DNA from: an uncultured Phycisphaerales bacterium
GTDB lineage: Bacteria > Planctomycetota > Phycisphaerae > Sedimentisphaerales > Anaerobacaceae
NCBI GenBank assembly: GCA_963718665.1
Contig: OY970359.1
Span: 1,728,001 to 1,792,000 of the forward strand
Direction of reading: 5' to 3'
Length of the DNA: 64,000 nt
Shown: piece after piece, positions 18,927-28,518 of the stretch
Position numbering within the stretch: the first letter of the stretch is position 1
Layout of the letters: every line of letters starts with the position of its first letter
The notes under the pieces: model-generated
What the model was told of the DNA's origin: nothing
Databases searched by the model: none
What the model saw: the letters and a program-made list of their open reading frames with translations, nothing else
Made by a program: the position numbers and the translations under genes

Positions 18927-20489
18927 ATGAACCCTGTGAAAAAAACAAATCAGCAGCCCCCCGGTATCAGGACGCTTGGGGCGATAGATATCGGGTCGAA
19001 CTCGATACGAATGGCGATTGCACAGGCGATGCCCGATGGCCGGATAGAGATATTGGAGCGATTGCAACGAGGAGTGCGCCTGGGGCAGGACACGTTCCGC
19101 ACTGGCAGAATCAAAGGGACAACAATGCGGGCGGCAGTTCTGATTCTTCGGGATTTCATGAACGTGTTGAAATTGTATAACACTGACGTCGTTAAGGTGG
19201 TAGCGACCAGCGCGGTGCGTGAGGCAGGCAACTCTGACGCGTTTCTGGACCGTATCCTGATAGCGACTGGATTCGAGGTGGACATTATAAGCTCTTCCGA
19301 TGAAAGCCGGCTGACGGTCGCCGCGGTCCGCCAGGAGGTGGGCAGGAGACAATTAGCAAAACAAGGCTCGGTGATTGTTGAGGTGGGCGGAGGCAGCACC
19401 GAAATTAACGTCCTTCGCAAAGGACAAATTGCCGCGTCGCGTAATCTTGCGATAGGGTCAATCCGTCTGCAGGAACTTCTTTCTACCAGCACCGAGTCGG
19501 CAGACCGGGCGTCGGATATGATACGCCAGCAGGTGGCAGGCGTCATATCGTCGATGAAAGGATTGCTGCGACTCGGACAGGTCAGGAGCTTTTATGCCGT
19601 CGGAGGGGACGCTAGGTGGGCCGCCGAACGCGCAGGCAGAAATACAAAAATTGCAAACCTTCGCTCCGTTTCGAGAGGAGACCTCGATAAATTAGTCAGC
19701 AAGAGCAGGCATTATACGGCGGACAAATTAAGCAGGATGTACGGGCTGTCTTTCAGCGAAGCGGAAACGCTGATTCCGGCGCTGCTTGTTTACCAGGTGC
19801 TGCTGAGGTCAACGGGGGCGAAAGAAATTATCGTATCGAATGTGTCGATGCGTGATGGCTTGCTTCTTGACCTTGCTCAGCAGGCGGCCGGTTCGGTCGA
19901 GGAATCAGCATACGCAGATATAATCCGCTCGGCGACGTCGATGGCGAAAAAATACGGCGTAGATTTGAAACACGCAATACACACGCGGCAAACTTCAGTG
20001 CGCCTCTTCGATGAGCTTGCGGCTGAGCACGTACTGGACAAAAGGTATCGGCTGCTTCTTGAAGTGGCGGCGCTGCTTCACGAAATCGGAACTTTTGTGT
20101 CGGGCAGAGCATATCATAAGCACAGTTTTTATCTTATCGCCAATTCTGAGATTTCAGGGCTGACGCAGGAGGAGCTTCAGCTTGTGGCGCACGTCGCGAG
20201 ATATCACAGGCGAAGTAGACCAAAGCCGGCGCATATCGAATATATGGCGCTGCCTCGGGAAAGAAGAATGACAATCAACAAGCTGACGGCGTTATTGCGG
20301 GTCGCCGACGCCCTCGATGCCAGCAGGACGCAGCACGTCCGGAATATCAAATGCAGGATAAGTGATGAATACCTGCAAATCATCTCACCTACGACGGCGG
20401 ATGTCAGTTTGGAGGAGCGGATGCTGGCGATGCAAGGGGATTTGTTCGAGGATATTTACGGGTTGCAGGTTCGGCTGGAAAGAGAATAG
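18927..20489 (+). CDS. ppx: Exopolyphosphatase Ppx/GppA
   Basis: AIDIGSNSIR, ATSAVREA, EVGGGSTE and a C-terminal HD-like domain. Confidence 0.93.
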   Translation: MNPVKKTNQQPPGIRTLGAIDIGSNSIRMAIAQAMPDGRIEILERLQRGVRLGQDTFRTGRIKGTTMRAAVLILRDFMNVLKLYNTDVVKVVATSAVREAGNSDAFLDRILIATGFEVDIISSSDESRLTVAAVRQEVGRRQLAKQGSVIVEVGGGSTEINVLRKGQIAASRNLAIGSIRLQELLSTSTESADRASDMIRQQVAGVISSMKGLLRLGQVRSFYAVGGDARWAAERAGRNTKIANLRSVSRGDLDKLVSKSRHYTADKLSRMYGLSFSEAETLIPALLVYQVLLRSTGAKEIIVSNVSMRDGLLLDLAQQAAGSVEESAYADIIRSATSMAKKYGVDLKHAIHTRQTSVRLFDELAAEHVLDKRYRLLLEVAALLHEIGTFVSGRAYHKHSFYLIANSEISGLTQEELQLVAHVARYHRRSRPKPAHIEYMALPRERRMTINKLTALLRVADALDASRTQHVRNIKCRISDEYLQIISPTTADVSLEERMLAMQGDLFEDIYGLQVRLERE

Positions 20490-20498
20490 GTGAACGCT

Positions 20499-22607
20499 AT
20501 GGGCAGACAAAAGGATTTAAAATCGCCTAAGTTGCTGATAAACCGCGAAGTTAGCTGGCTCGAATTCAATAACCGTGTGCTGCAGGAGGGGCTTCGCGAC
20601 GACCTTGCTTTGGCGGAACGGCTGAAATTCCTGTCGATAGTCAGCTCCAACCTCGACGAGTATTTTATGATTCGTGTGGCGGGCCTGATGCAGCAGCGTA
20701 TAAATGCCCCAAGGGCACTTGACCCGAGCGGTATGACCGCCAAATCACAGCTCGACTTGATAAACAAACGTGTTCACAAAATGGTTGCAGAACAGACGGC
20801 GGGCATCAGGGACGTTTTTGGCAAACTTGCCCAGAATAGTTTTCACGTTTTGTCGCGGGCGGACTGGAACGACGAGCAGGCCGAATTCCTGCGGCAGCAT
20901 TTCAATAACGAGATACTGCCCGTTTTGACGCCTGTGGCAATTGAGGGGCTGAATCCCGCTCCTGTGCTGCCGGGATTGCAGTTATTTGTGGCATTCTCGA
21001 TAAGCACGGGCAGGGCAAGGACGAAAATCGTCGCGGTGCCTGTTCCCGGTCTTTTCCAGAGGTTTGTAAATATACCCACCGAAGACGACACATTTGTAAC
21101 GCCCGTCGAGGAGGTTATAGCCGCAAATGCACAGACGCTGTTCGGAGACGGCAGAATAGTATCAGCGGCGTATTTCCGAATCACGCGGGACGCGGACGTA
21201 TCAATTCAGGAAGATGAGGCGGCGGATTTGCTAAGCACGATAGCACGTGCTGTGCGAGAACGAAGAAGGCGTGCCGCTGTTCGGCTGGAGATATCAGCCA
21301 GTGCGGAACCGAGGATGAAACGATGGTTGACCAAGTTTTTGAATCTGGGCAGCCAGGATATTTATGAAGTGGATGGTTTGCTTAACGCTTCGGGGATAAT
21401 GCAGTTAGTTGATTTGCTGCCGTCAGAGGAAATGAAGTCGCCTGGCTGGCCTGAGCAGCCGGTGAGAGATCTCAACGACAGCGATGACCTTTGGGCGACG
21501 ATACAGGAAAAAGACGTTCTGTTGTTTCACCCTTATGAGAGTTTCGAGCCGGTGATGAAGTTCGTGGATGAGGCGGCCAACGACCCTAATGTGCTGGCAA
21601 TAAAGCAGACGTTATACCGGACAAGCGGTAAATCTCCTCTTGTCCAGTCGCTCGCCAGTGCTGCCGAAAGCGGCAAAGAGGTTACTGTTCTTGTCGAGCT
21701 TAAGGCCAGATTCGATGAGTCACGAAACGTCAATTGGGCGCTCGAGCTGGAGGATGCTGGCTGTCACGTTATCTACGGCATCGCCAGGTTAAAGACGCAC
21801 GCCAAGGCAATGCTTATTGTACGTCGCGAGCAGGGATGTATAAGGCGATACGCGCATCTTTCAACCGGTAACTACAACGACCGCACGGCTAAGTTGTATT
21901 CCGATATCGGCCTTATGACCTGTAACCCCGATATTACGGCGGACGTGGCGGCGTTTTTCAATTTGCTGACCGGGCAGTCGGAAACGGTTGGCTGGAAACA
22001 ATTAACCATCGCACCGACGAACCTGCGGCAAAAATTCCTCGACCTTATTGACCGCGAAATTCAGGCGTCAACGCCGGGCGACAGGGGACTGATTATCGCC
22101 AAGCTAAACGCGTTGCAGGACCCGGTGATTTGCCAGGCACTGTATCGCGCAAGCCAGGCGGGCGTGCGAGTGAAACTGAACATCCGCGGTATATGTGTCC
22201 TGAGGCCGGGGATAAAGAAGGTCTCGGATAATATCGAGGTGCGGTCGATATTAGACAGGTATCTCGAACATTCGAGAATTTATTATTTCCGCAATGGCGG
22301 GCACGAGGAAATTTACCTAAGTTCCGCCGACTGGATGCGAAGAAATCTTGACCGCCGGCTGGAGATTCTCTTTCCCGTTCTGGACGGTAGGGCCAGGGCA
22401 CGCGTTATGGATATGCTTAAGACATTCTTCGATGACAACGTGCAGTCGTGGCAGCTCCTACCCGATGGCACTTACAAACGTGTATCCCATCACGGCAAGA
22501 AGATACGTGCTCAGGAGAAGTTCTACCAGGACGCCGTCGATGCCGCATCAGCGGCCTACCACATAAAACCGAGGTTCCGACCATTAAGCCGGCCTGACAA
22601 GCAATAG
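20499..22607 (+). CDS. ppk1: Polyphosphate kinase 1
   Basis: NREVSWLEFNNRVL, SSNLDEYFMIRVAG, HPYESF, ELKARFDE, KTHAK, YLEHSRI, SADWMRRNLDRR. Confidence 0.96.
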   Translation: MGRQKDLKSPKLLINREVSWLEFNNRVLQEGLRDDLALAERLKFLSIVSSNLDEYFMIRVAGLMQQRINAPRALDPSGMTAKSQLDLINKRVHKMVAEQTAGIRDVFGKLAQNSFHVLSRADWNDEQAEFLRQHFNNEILPVLTPVAIEGLNPAPVLPGLQLFVAFSISTGRARTKIVAVPVPGLFQRFVNIPTEDDTFVTPVEEVIAANAQTLFGDGRIVSAAYFRITRDADVSIQEDEAADLLSTIARAVRERRRRAAVRLEISASAEPRMKRWLTKFLNLGSQDIYEVDGLLNASGIMQLVDLLPSEEMKSPGWPEQPVRDLNDSDDLWATIQEKDVLLFHPYESFEPVMKFVDEAANDPNVLAIKQTLYRTSGKSPLVQSLASAAESGKEVTVLVELKARFDESRNVNWALELEDAGCHVIYGIARLKTHAKAMLIVRREQGCIRRYAHLSTGNYNDRTAKLYSDIGLMTCNPDITADVAAFFNLLTGQSETVGWKQLTIAPTNLRQKFLDLIDREIQASTPGDRGLIIAKLNALQDPVICQALYRASQAGVRVKLNIRGICVLRPGIKKVSDNIEVRSILDRYLEHSRIYYFRNGGHEEIYLSSADWMRRNLDRRLEILFPVLDGRARARVMDMLKTFFDDNVQSWQLLPDGTYKRVSHHGKKIRAQEKFYQDAVDAASAAYHIKPRFRPLSRPDKQ

Positions 22608-22746
22608 TCGAGTGTTAAAAACTTAACACTGAACTAACTTGACACGCTATCGCGCAGCCCATAAGTTCTCTGGTTGTAGTTAAGAAAATCACGGACGCAT
22701 AAAAAGTAGTGTTCTGAATTACGTCTGATTACTGAAAGGACGCAGC

Positions 22747-22992
22747 ATGCACGTCGTCAAATTTGTCAGAACGATAGGGGCTTGTCAGGAGGAGTATGGG
22801 CGGATAAGGTTTGATGGCAAGAAAATATACTTCGACGGTCTGACCTGCATTTTTCAAAAGTATCTTGAGAAAGGGATTCTGGGTTCTGACAACAGGATCT
22901 ATATACCCGCCGATGGAATTCAGTTCCTCAGCAACCTCAAACATCACTTTGTCCAAGATTCCTTGATGGCAACCGATGTGGTTGAAGGATAA
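22747..22992 (+). CDS. Small hypothetical protein
   Basis: 81-aa ORF with AAAGGA Shine-Dalgarno. Confidence 0.55.
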   Translation: MHVVKFVRTIGACQEEYGRIRFDGKKIYFDGLTCIFQKYLEKGILGSDNRIYIPADGIQFLSNLKHHFVQDSLMATDVVEG

Positions 22993-23013
22993 ATTGGTCA
23001 AGCAATCTCAACG

Positions 23014-23193
23014 GTGTCAAAAAAGTGTCAGTCGCCAGATGATCCGAACGATTCTTTCAACTTTCTAATCGTGTATGGCCCTTAGATAGGAATGCTTATG
23101 CTCGTCAAAACTATGTAACTTTTTGTTGGCTTAACGGGGGAAATTACGGTAGTATCAAGGCCGAAAGTGGGTCACTGAGTGGGTCAGTCGCCA
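23014..23193 (+). repeat. Paired short direct repeats, candidate integrase arm-type sites
   Basis: GTGTCA at 23014 and 23025; AGTGGGTCA at 23166 and 23178; both pairs end in GTCAGTCGCCA. Confidence 0.5.
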
Positions 23194-23310
23194 CGTGATG
23201 GCAGCTTGTTATTAAGTTCTCAGTAACTTGTCATTCACTTGTAAACCTCGGTTTGACCCAAAAAACAGGCTTTAACTAATGCTGAAACAAGCACTTATAT
23301 GCAGACAACA

Positions 23311-23355
23311 GGCTTCCCAAGCCGAATGCCGTGGGTTCGAATCCCATCGCCCGCT
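23311..23355 (+). mobile_element. 3' half of tRNA-Gly(CCC), candidate att site at the island's right boundary
   Basis: GGCTTCCCAAGCC anticodon arm (CCC), GTGGGTTCGAATCCCAT T-arm and CGCCCGCT acceptor strand; no GCGGGCG 5' half or D-arm upstream. Confidence 0.8.
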
Positions 23356-23423
23356 GTTGCGTTTATGTCGCTAATTTACTCAATTATTTTATTAACTACT
23401 ACACTGTAAGGAGACAATATAAA

Positions 23424-24464
23424 ATGTTTCGCCCCTCTACATTATTAGCTGCCGCTCTACTAATTGTTTTATTTGCGGCCTGCGCATCATATGCCGCCAC
23501 AGATGTGAATTTAAATGACCCGTTTGCCGTCAACAAGTTGATTGGCCGGGGCGTCAATATAGGCAATGCTCTCGACAGGGAAGTGGAATTAGACGACGAA
23601 TGGAGCTGGATCGTAAAGGATGAACACTTCCAGCTAATAAAAGACGCCGGCTTTAATTCTGTTCGGCTTACGGTTCGCTGGTCAACCCGTACGATGGATA
23701 AGCCGCCATATACTATCGACCCGAATTTCTTAAAACGAGTTGACCAGGCCGTGAACAGTGCTCTGTCGCGTAATCTTGCTGTAGTAATAAACTATCAAAA
23801 CTACTTTGAGTTTTATCGTGACGCCAATGGTCTCAAACCTAAATTCCTCGCTACATGGGAACAGCTCGCCGAACACTACAAAGGTTATCCCAACACCCTG
23901 CTCTTCGAGCTTCTCAATGAGCCGCAGGGGCAAATTGGAACGGGCGAATGGAATGCTCTTATTAGAGAGACACTTGCTATTGTCCGTAAGACAAATCCAA
24001 ACAGAACGGTGATAATCGGGCCGGCCAATTTCAACGGCATCGCCGGCCTGAGGTTCCTTAAGCTGCCTGAGGATGACAGGAATATCATCCTGACCTTTCA
24101 TTATTATGAGCCCTATCATTTTACACATCAGGGCACAAGATGGACGGCTGACTCCAATAACTGGATAGGAACAAAATGGGAGGGGACAGACGCGGAAAGA
24201 AAAACCATAAAAAAGGACTTTGGCCAGGTGGCAAGCTGGGCCAATGCCCGTAATCGCCCAGTTTATCTCGGTGAATTCGGCTCTTATGAAAAGGCGGATA
24301 TGGATTCCCGCGTCCGCTGGACCAAATGCATCGCCGACGAGGCGGTCGCACACGGATTCAGCTTCACGTACTGGCAGTTCACGTATAATATGGCAGTTTA
24401 CGACAGGCAAACGAAAACATGGGTAAAACCGCTGCTCGATGCACTTATTCCGCCGAAAGAATAG
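23424..24464 (+). CDS. Secreted GH5 endoglucanase/mannanase
   Basis: GRGVNIGNAL, GFNSVRL, FELLNEP (acid/base), HYYEPYHFTHQG, YLGEFG (nucleophile). Confidence 0.92.
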   Translation: MFRPSTLLAAALLIVLFAACASYAATDVNLNDPFAVNKLIGRGVNIGNALDREVELDDEWSWIVKDEHFQLIKDAGFNSVRLTVRWSTRTMDKPPYTIDPNFLKRVDQAVNSALSRNLAVVINYQNYFEFYRDANGLKPKFLATWEQLAEHYKGYPNTLLFELLNEPQGQIGTGEWNALIRETLAIVRKTNPNRTVIIGPANFNGIAGLRFLKLPEDDRNIILTFHYYEPYHFTHQGTRWTADSNNWIGTKWEGTDAERKTIKKDFGQVASWANARNRPVYLGEFGSYEKADMDSRVRWTKCIADEAVAHGFSFTYWQFTYNMAVYDRQTKTWVKPLLDALIPPKE

Positions 24465-24488
24465 AATTATATCGTTGGGGAAAAAAAT

Positions 24489-25611
24489 ATGTTGGGAATG
24501 ACCAGACCATACGTGTTAGTTGCATTAGGAATAATTTTGTTCGGAGCGGCTTGTGTCGCAGCCGCGGAACCCAATGCCCCATCGACGAAACCGGACCCAT
24601 TCAAAATGAATAAACTGCTTGGCAGGGGAGTAAATATCGGCAACGCACTCGAAGCACCAAACGAAGGTGACTGGGGTGTCGTGGTCAAAGAAGAGTATTT
24701 CGATATCATCAAACAGGCCGGTTTCAATTCGGTTCGCCTGCCCGTGAACTGGTCGGGCCACGCGCTCAAGGAAAAACCTTACACCATTAACCCCGAATTT
24801 TTCAAACGGGTTGACACAATTATAAACTGGGCTGTTTCGAGGAATATGCCCATAATTATAAACATTCATCAATACAACGAAACATACGATGAGCCGCTGG
24901 CGCAAAAAAGAAAGGTTTCTCGCCCTGTGGAGGCAGATTGCTGAGCATTACAAAAACTACCCCGATATTCTTCTCTTTGAGCCGATGAATGAGCCGAAAA
25001 GAAAGCTGACGCCTGCAATATGGAACGATTACATCAAAGACTTTTTAGGTGTCATTCGCGAATCAAATCCAAACAGAACGGTTGTCATCGGTGCTGCTCG
25101 TGACAGCTGGATTATGTATCTAAAGCTCCTTGAGCTGCCTGAAAACGACCGCAACATCATCGTCAGTGTTCATCACTATTTCCCGCACGCGTTCACACAT
25201 CAGAGTACGCCCTGGATGAATCCTGAAAAAGTCGCCAGGACTGTTGCAGATATGAAATTCATTGGTCAGGACCCCAATTCAAACGGCATTAACGATTACA
25301 ATGCGTGGCCGGGCACGAAATGGATGGGAACACCCCAAGAAAAGAAATATATGACCGATATATTTGACTTCGGCGCCGCCTGGGGAAAGGAACACAATCG
25401 CCCGATTAACTTAGGCGAGTTCGGCTCTTACTATAAAGCCGATATGGAGTCCCGCGTCCGCTGGACAAAGTTCATCGCTGATACTGCGGCCGAGCGCGGC
25501 ATGAGCTTAATGTACTGGGAATTCTGTGCACAGGAATTCGGTCTGTATGACAGGGACGCGAAATCCTGGCGTAAACCCCTTTTAGAGGCAGTTATCCCGC
25601 CCAAACAATAA
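24489..25611 (+). CDS. Secreted GH5 (frameshift, extra A at ~24904-24909)
   Basis: N-half 24489-24944 and C-half 24889-25611 join if one A is removed from the A6 run; NEP and LGEFG present. Confidence 0.85.
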
Positions 25612-25630
25612 TTTTTAAGGATTGAATTTT

Positions 25631-26684
25631 ATGGCAAAGATATTGACAGTGATTCTCATTTCTTTTGCGTCCGTCTGCGCAGCCGCCAACGAGCCGAATG
25701 CGACGAGCGGGCCTGACCCATTTAAAATGAACCAGCTTCTGGGTCGCGGCGTGAATTTCGGCAACGCTTTCGATGCGCCAACCGAAGGCGCATGGGGCGT
25801 TGTTCTTCAGGAAGAGTATTTTCAGGCGGCAAAAGACATCGGCTTTGATTCAATCCGGCTGCCGGTCCGCTGGTCGGCTCACGCGATGACCGCGCCGCCT
25901 TATACAATTAGCCCGGAATTTATGAAAAGAGTTGATTGGGCGGTAAACTGCGCATTATCGCGGAAGCTTCCGGTAATGCTTAATATGCACCACTATGGCG
26001 AGCTTTACGCCGACCCGGTTAAGGAAAAGGAAAGATATTTGGCTCTCTGGAAACAAATCGCCGGGCACTTCAAAGATTATCCCAATACCCTCGTTTTTGA
26101 ATTGATGAATGAGCCCCAAAAGGAATTAACGGCAGACCCCTGGAACGAGCGAATGAAAGACGCTCTTGCGGTAATCAGGCAGTCGAATCCGAACAGGACC
26201 CTTGTCATCGGCCCGGCGCACTATAATCAGATTCATTATCTTACGCTTCTCGATATACCCAAAGAAGAACGCAACGTAATCGTTACCATTCACGATTACT
26301 TCCCGCTGACGTTTACTCATCAGGGTGCGGCCTGGCTGAGCAAGGGTGAACCCAATGACTGGCTCGGCACAAAGTGGACAGGCACCGAGGATGAAAAGCA
26401 GGAAATAATCAGGGATTTGGATTACGCGGCCGCCTGGGGGAAGAAAAACAACCGCCCGATTAACCTGGGTGAATTCGGCGCTTACGACAAAGCGGATATG
26501 GATTCCCGCGCGCTGGACAAAGTTTATGGCCGACACCGCAATCGAGCGGGGAATGAGCTTCGATTACTGGGAATTTTGCGCACCGGAATTCGGCTTGTAT
26601 GACCAGAAGACCAAGACCTTCCGCAAGCCATTGCTCGAAGCCGTTTTGCCGCCTGCGGCGAGCAAAGTCGAACCGCCAAAATAA
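25631..26684 (+). CDS. Secreted GH5 (frameshift at ~26507-26513)
   Basis: NEP and LGEFG present; the C-terminal RWTKFMAD...YWEF..FG is in another frame after a CG dinucleotide run. Confidence 0.85.
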
Positions 26685-26701
26685 ATTATTGAGGAAAGAA
26701 G

Positions 26702-26730
26702 GTCAAAAAGGGGTCTGACCCCTTTTTGAC
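26702..26730. repeat. Perfect palindrome (REP-like element or terminator)
   Basis: GTCAAAAAGGGGTC-T-GACCCCTTTTTGAC. Confidence 0.75.
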
Positions 26731-26738
26731 TTTTTGTG

Positions 26739-28037
26739 ATGGATGCCGGCGACAAAAAGCGTATGAATGGCTCAGGGACACGTCCTACATGTGTTCGTTA
26801 CTGGGTCGTTGTGTTCGCTGTCACTCTATCCGTCATTACCTATATTGACCGGGTTTGCATTTCGCAGGCGGCGCCGGCGATGAGCAAAGACCTCGGCTTT
26901 TCGACCAAACAGATGGGCTGGGCGTTTTCGGCGTTTTTCTGGGCTTATGCCCTGTTCGAAATTCCCAGCGGCTGGCTGGGCGACCGCATCGGCGCACGCA
27001 AAGTCCTGATGCGGGTGGTTATGTGGTGGTCGTTTTTCACGGCTGCGACGGGTTGGGTATTCAGTTTAATTTCGTTAGTAATTACCCGCGCAATGTTCGG
27101 CGCGGGCGAAGCGGGGTGTTTCCCGAATCTGACCAAGGCGTTTACCGTCTGGCTTCCAAAATCTGAGCGGGTTCGTGCTCAGGGCATAACGTGGCTTAGC
27201 GCAAGATGGGGCGGCGCATTCACGCCTTTGCTGGTCGCCCTGATTTTGCAGCATATCTCCTGGCGTCACACCTTCGGATTATTCGGCCTGCTGGGCGTGG
27301 TATGGGCGATTTTCTTTTATATCTGGTATCGAGACAACCCCCGCGATAATAAAAGCATCAACGAAGCGGAGCTGGCGATTTTGCCTCGCCAGCAGGATGT
27401 GGTACTCGGACACGACAAAATCCCATGGGGGAAACTGGTAGCTTCTAAAACCGTCTGGCTCCTGTGGTTTCAATTTGCCTGCCTGAATTTCGGAGCAGTT
27501 TTTTATATAACCTGGCTGCCAACCTACCTGCGCGAAGGGCGAGGTATGGATATAACTTATGGCGCGTTATTGGCGGGCTTTCCGTTATTTTTCGGCGGGC
27601 TTGGTTCGCTGTTCTGCGGCTACATAGCCGCACCACTTGCAAGGTTGCTCGGCAGCACGCTATTCGCAAGAAGATTACTCGCGGCAGTCGGGTTTTTCGG
27701 TGCGGCATCCTGCCTGGCGATATCGACTTTCATTCCCAATCCGTGGCTGGCAATGGTAGTTATGGGTTTGGCCAGTTTCTGCAATGATTTGGTGATGCCG
27801 ACAAGCTGGGGCGCGTGTATGGATATAGGCGGGAAATTCTCGGGGACGCTGTCCGGCAGTATGAATATGATGGGCAATTTCGGCGGTGGGCTTGCCGCCA
27901 TCGTTATCGGCTATATTCTCGCCTGGTCAAATCATAACTGGAACGCCGTCCTGTATGTCGCCGCGGGCGTGTATTTTCTCGGCACATTCTGCTGGCTTGT
28001 TATTGACCCCGTAACCCCAATAGATAACAGGAGTTAA
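26739..28037 (+). CDS. MFS transporter, ACS (sugar-acid) family
   Basis: ITYIDRVCIS, EIPSGWLGDRIGAR, GAGEAGCFP, ERVRAQG; about 12 hydrophobic segments. Confidence 0.88.
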   Translation: MDAGDKKRMNGSGTRPTCVRYWVVVFAVTLSVITYIDRVCISQAAPAMSKDLGFSTKQMGWAFSAFFWAYALFEIPSGWLGDRIGARKVLMRVVMWWSFFTAATGWVFSLISLVITRAMFGAGEAGCFPNLTKAFTVWLPKSERVRAQGITWLSARWGGAFTPLLVALILQHISWRHTFGLFGLLGVVWAIFFYIWYRDNPRDNKSINEAELAILPRQQDVVLGHDKIPWGKLVASKTVWLLWFQFACLNFGAVFYITWLPTYLREGRGMDITYGALLAGFPLFFGGLGSLFCGYIAAPLARLLGSTLFARRLLAAVGFFGAASCLAISTFIPNPWLAMVVMGLASFCNDLVMPTSWGACMDIGGKFSGTLSGSMNMMGNFGGGLAAIVIGYILAWSNHNWNAVLYVAAGVYFLGTFCWLVIDPVTPIDNRS

Positions 28038-28098
28038 GATTTCAACGGTCAACCGCGGCAAAAAAAATTTTCCAGAATTTTCTTTACACGGGCTAAAT

Positions 28099-28310
28099 CT
28101 GGTGTATCCTGCCGAATTCGTGTAGCCGAGTTTCTTCTTTGCTGTTTGTCTGTTCAAGGGCAGGAAGAAAACGGGGGACCCGAAGTTGACCGACCCGTCT
28201 TCGCCTTTGGCTATGCCGAGGCGGGAAGGTCTTGGGGCGAATATCGAGTAAAATCGATTAAGGTGCTTGGTGCCTGAGTCCGACAGCTAACCTCGTAGGC
28301 GTTACACCAG
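28099..28310 (+). ncRNA. c-di-AMP (ydaO/yuaA) riboswitch
   Basis: P1 CTGGTGTA/TACACCAG; core blocks GCCGAAT, CGGGGGACC, TTGGGGCGAAT, CCTGAGTCCGACAGCTAACCTCGTAGGCG; lies upstream of kdpF. Confidence 0.88.
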
Positions 28311-28313
28311 GGT

Positions 28314-28340
28314 AAACCAGGGGTAGTTTTCTGGTTTGTT
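28314..28340 (+). terminator. Riboswitch expression-platform hairpin
   Basis: AAACCAGG...TCTGGTTT followed by GTT. Confidence 0.5.
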
Positions 28341-28428
28341 GCGCGTTTGGTCTAACCTGCCTCAAAACAGACATCTCGGCGAAAATTATTTGCGGGAAAA
28401 GTCCGCGCCAAAGGCAAGGAGTTGTATT

Positions 28429-28518
28429 ATGATTTGGGCGTATTGGGTTAGCGGGATTCTTACGGTGCTGCTTATGATTTATCTTGTCGTGGCAGTGCTG
28501 CTGGCGGAGAAATTCTAA
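28429..28518 (+). CDS. kdpF: K+-transporting ATPase subunit F
   Basis: 29-aa hydrophobic peptide ending YLVVAVLLAEKF, overlapping the kdpA start. Confidence 0.85.
   Translation: MIWAYWVSGILTVLLMIYLVVAVLLAEKF

Noticed and set aside
23311..23355. Functional tRNA-Gly gene
   Set aside because: No 5' acceptor strand or D-arm, so treated as an att fragment.
23331..23423. N-terminal extension MGSNPIAR of the first GH5
   Set aside because: It is a translation of the tRNA T-arm; the real start is ATG 23424 after AAGGAG.
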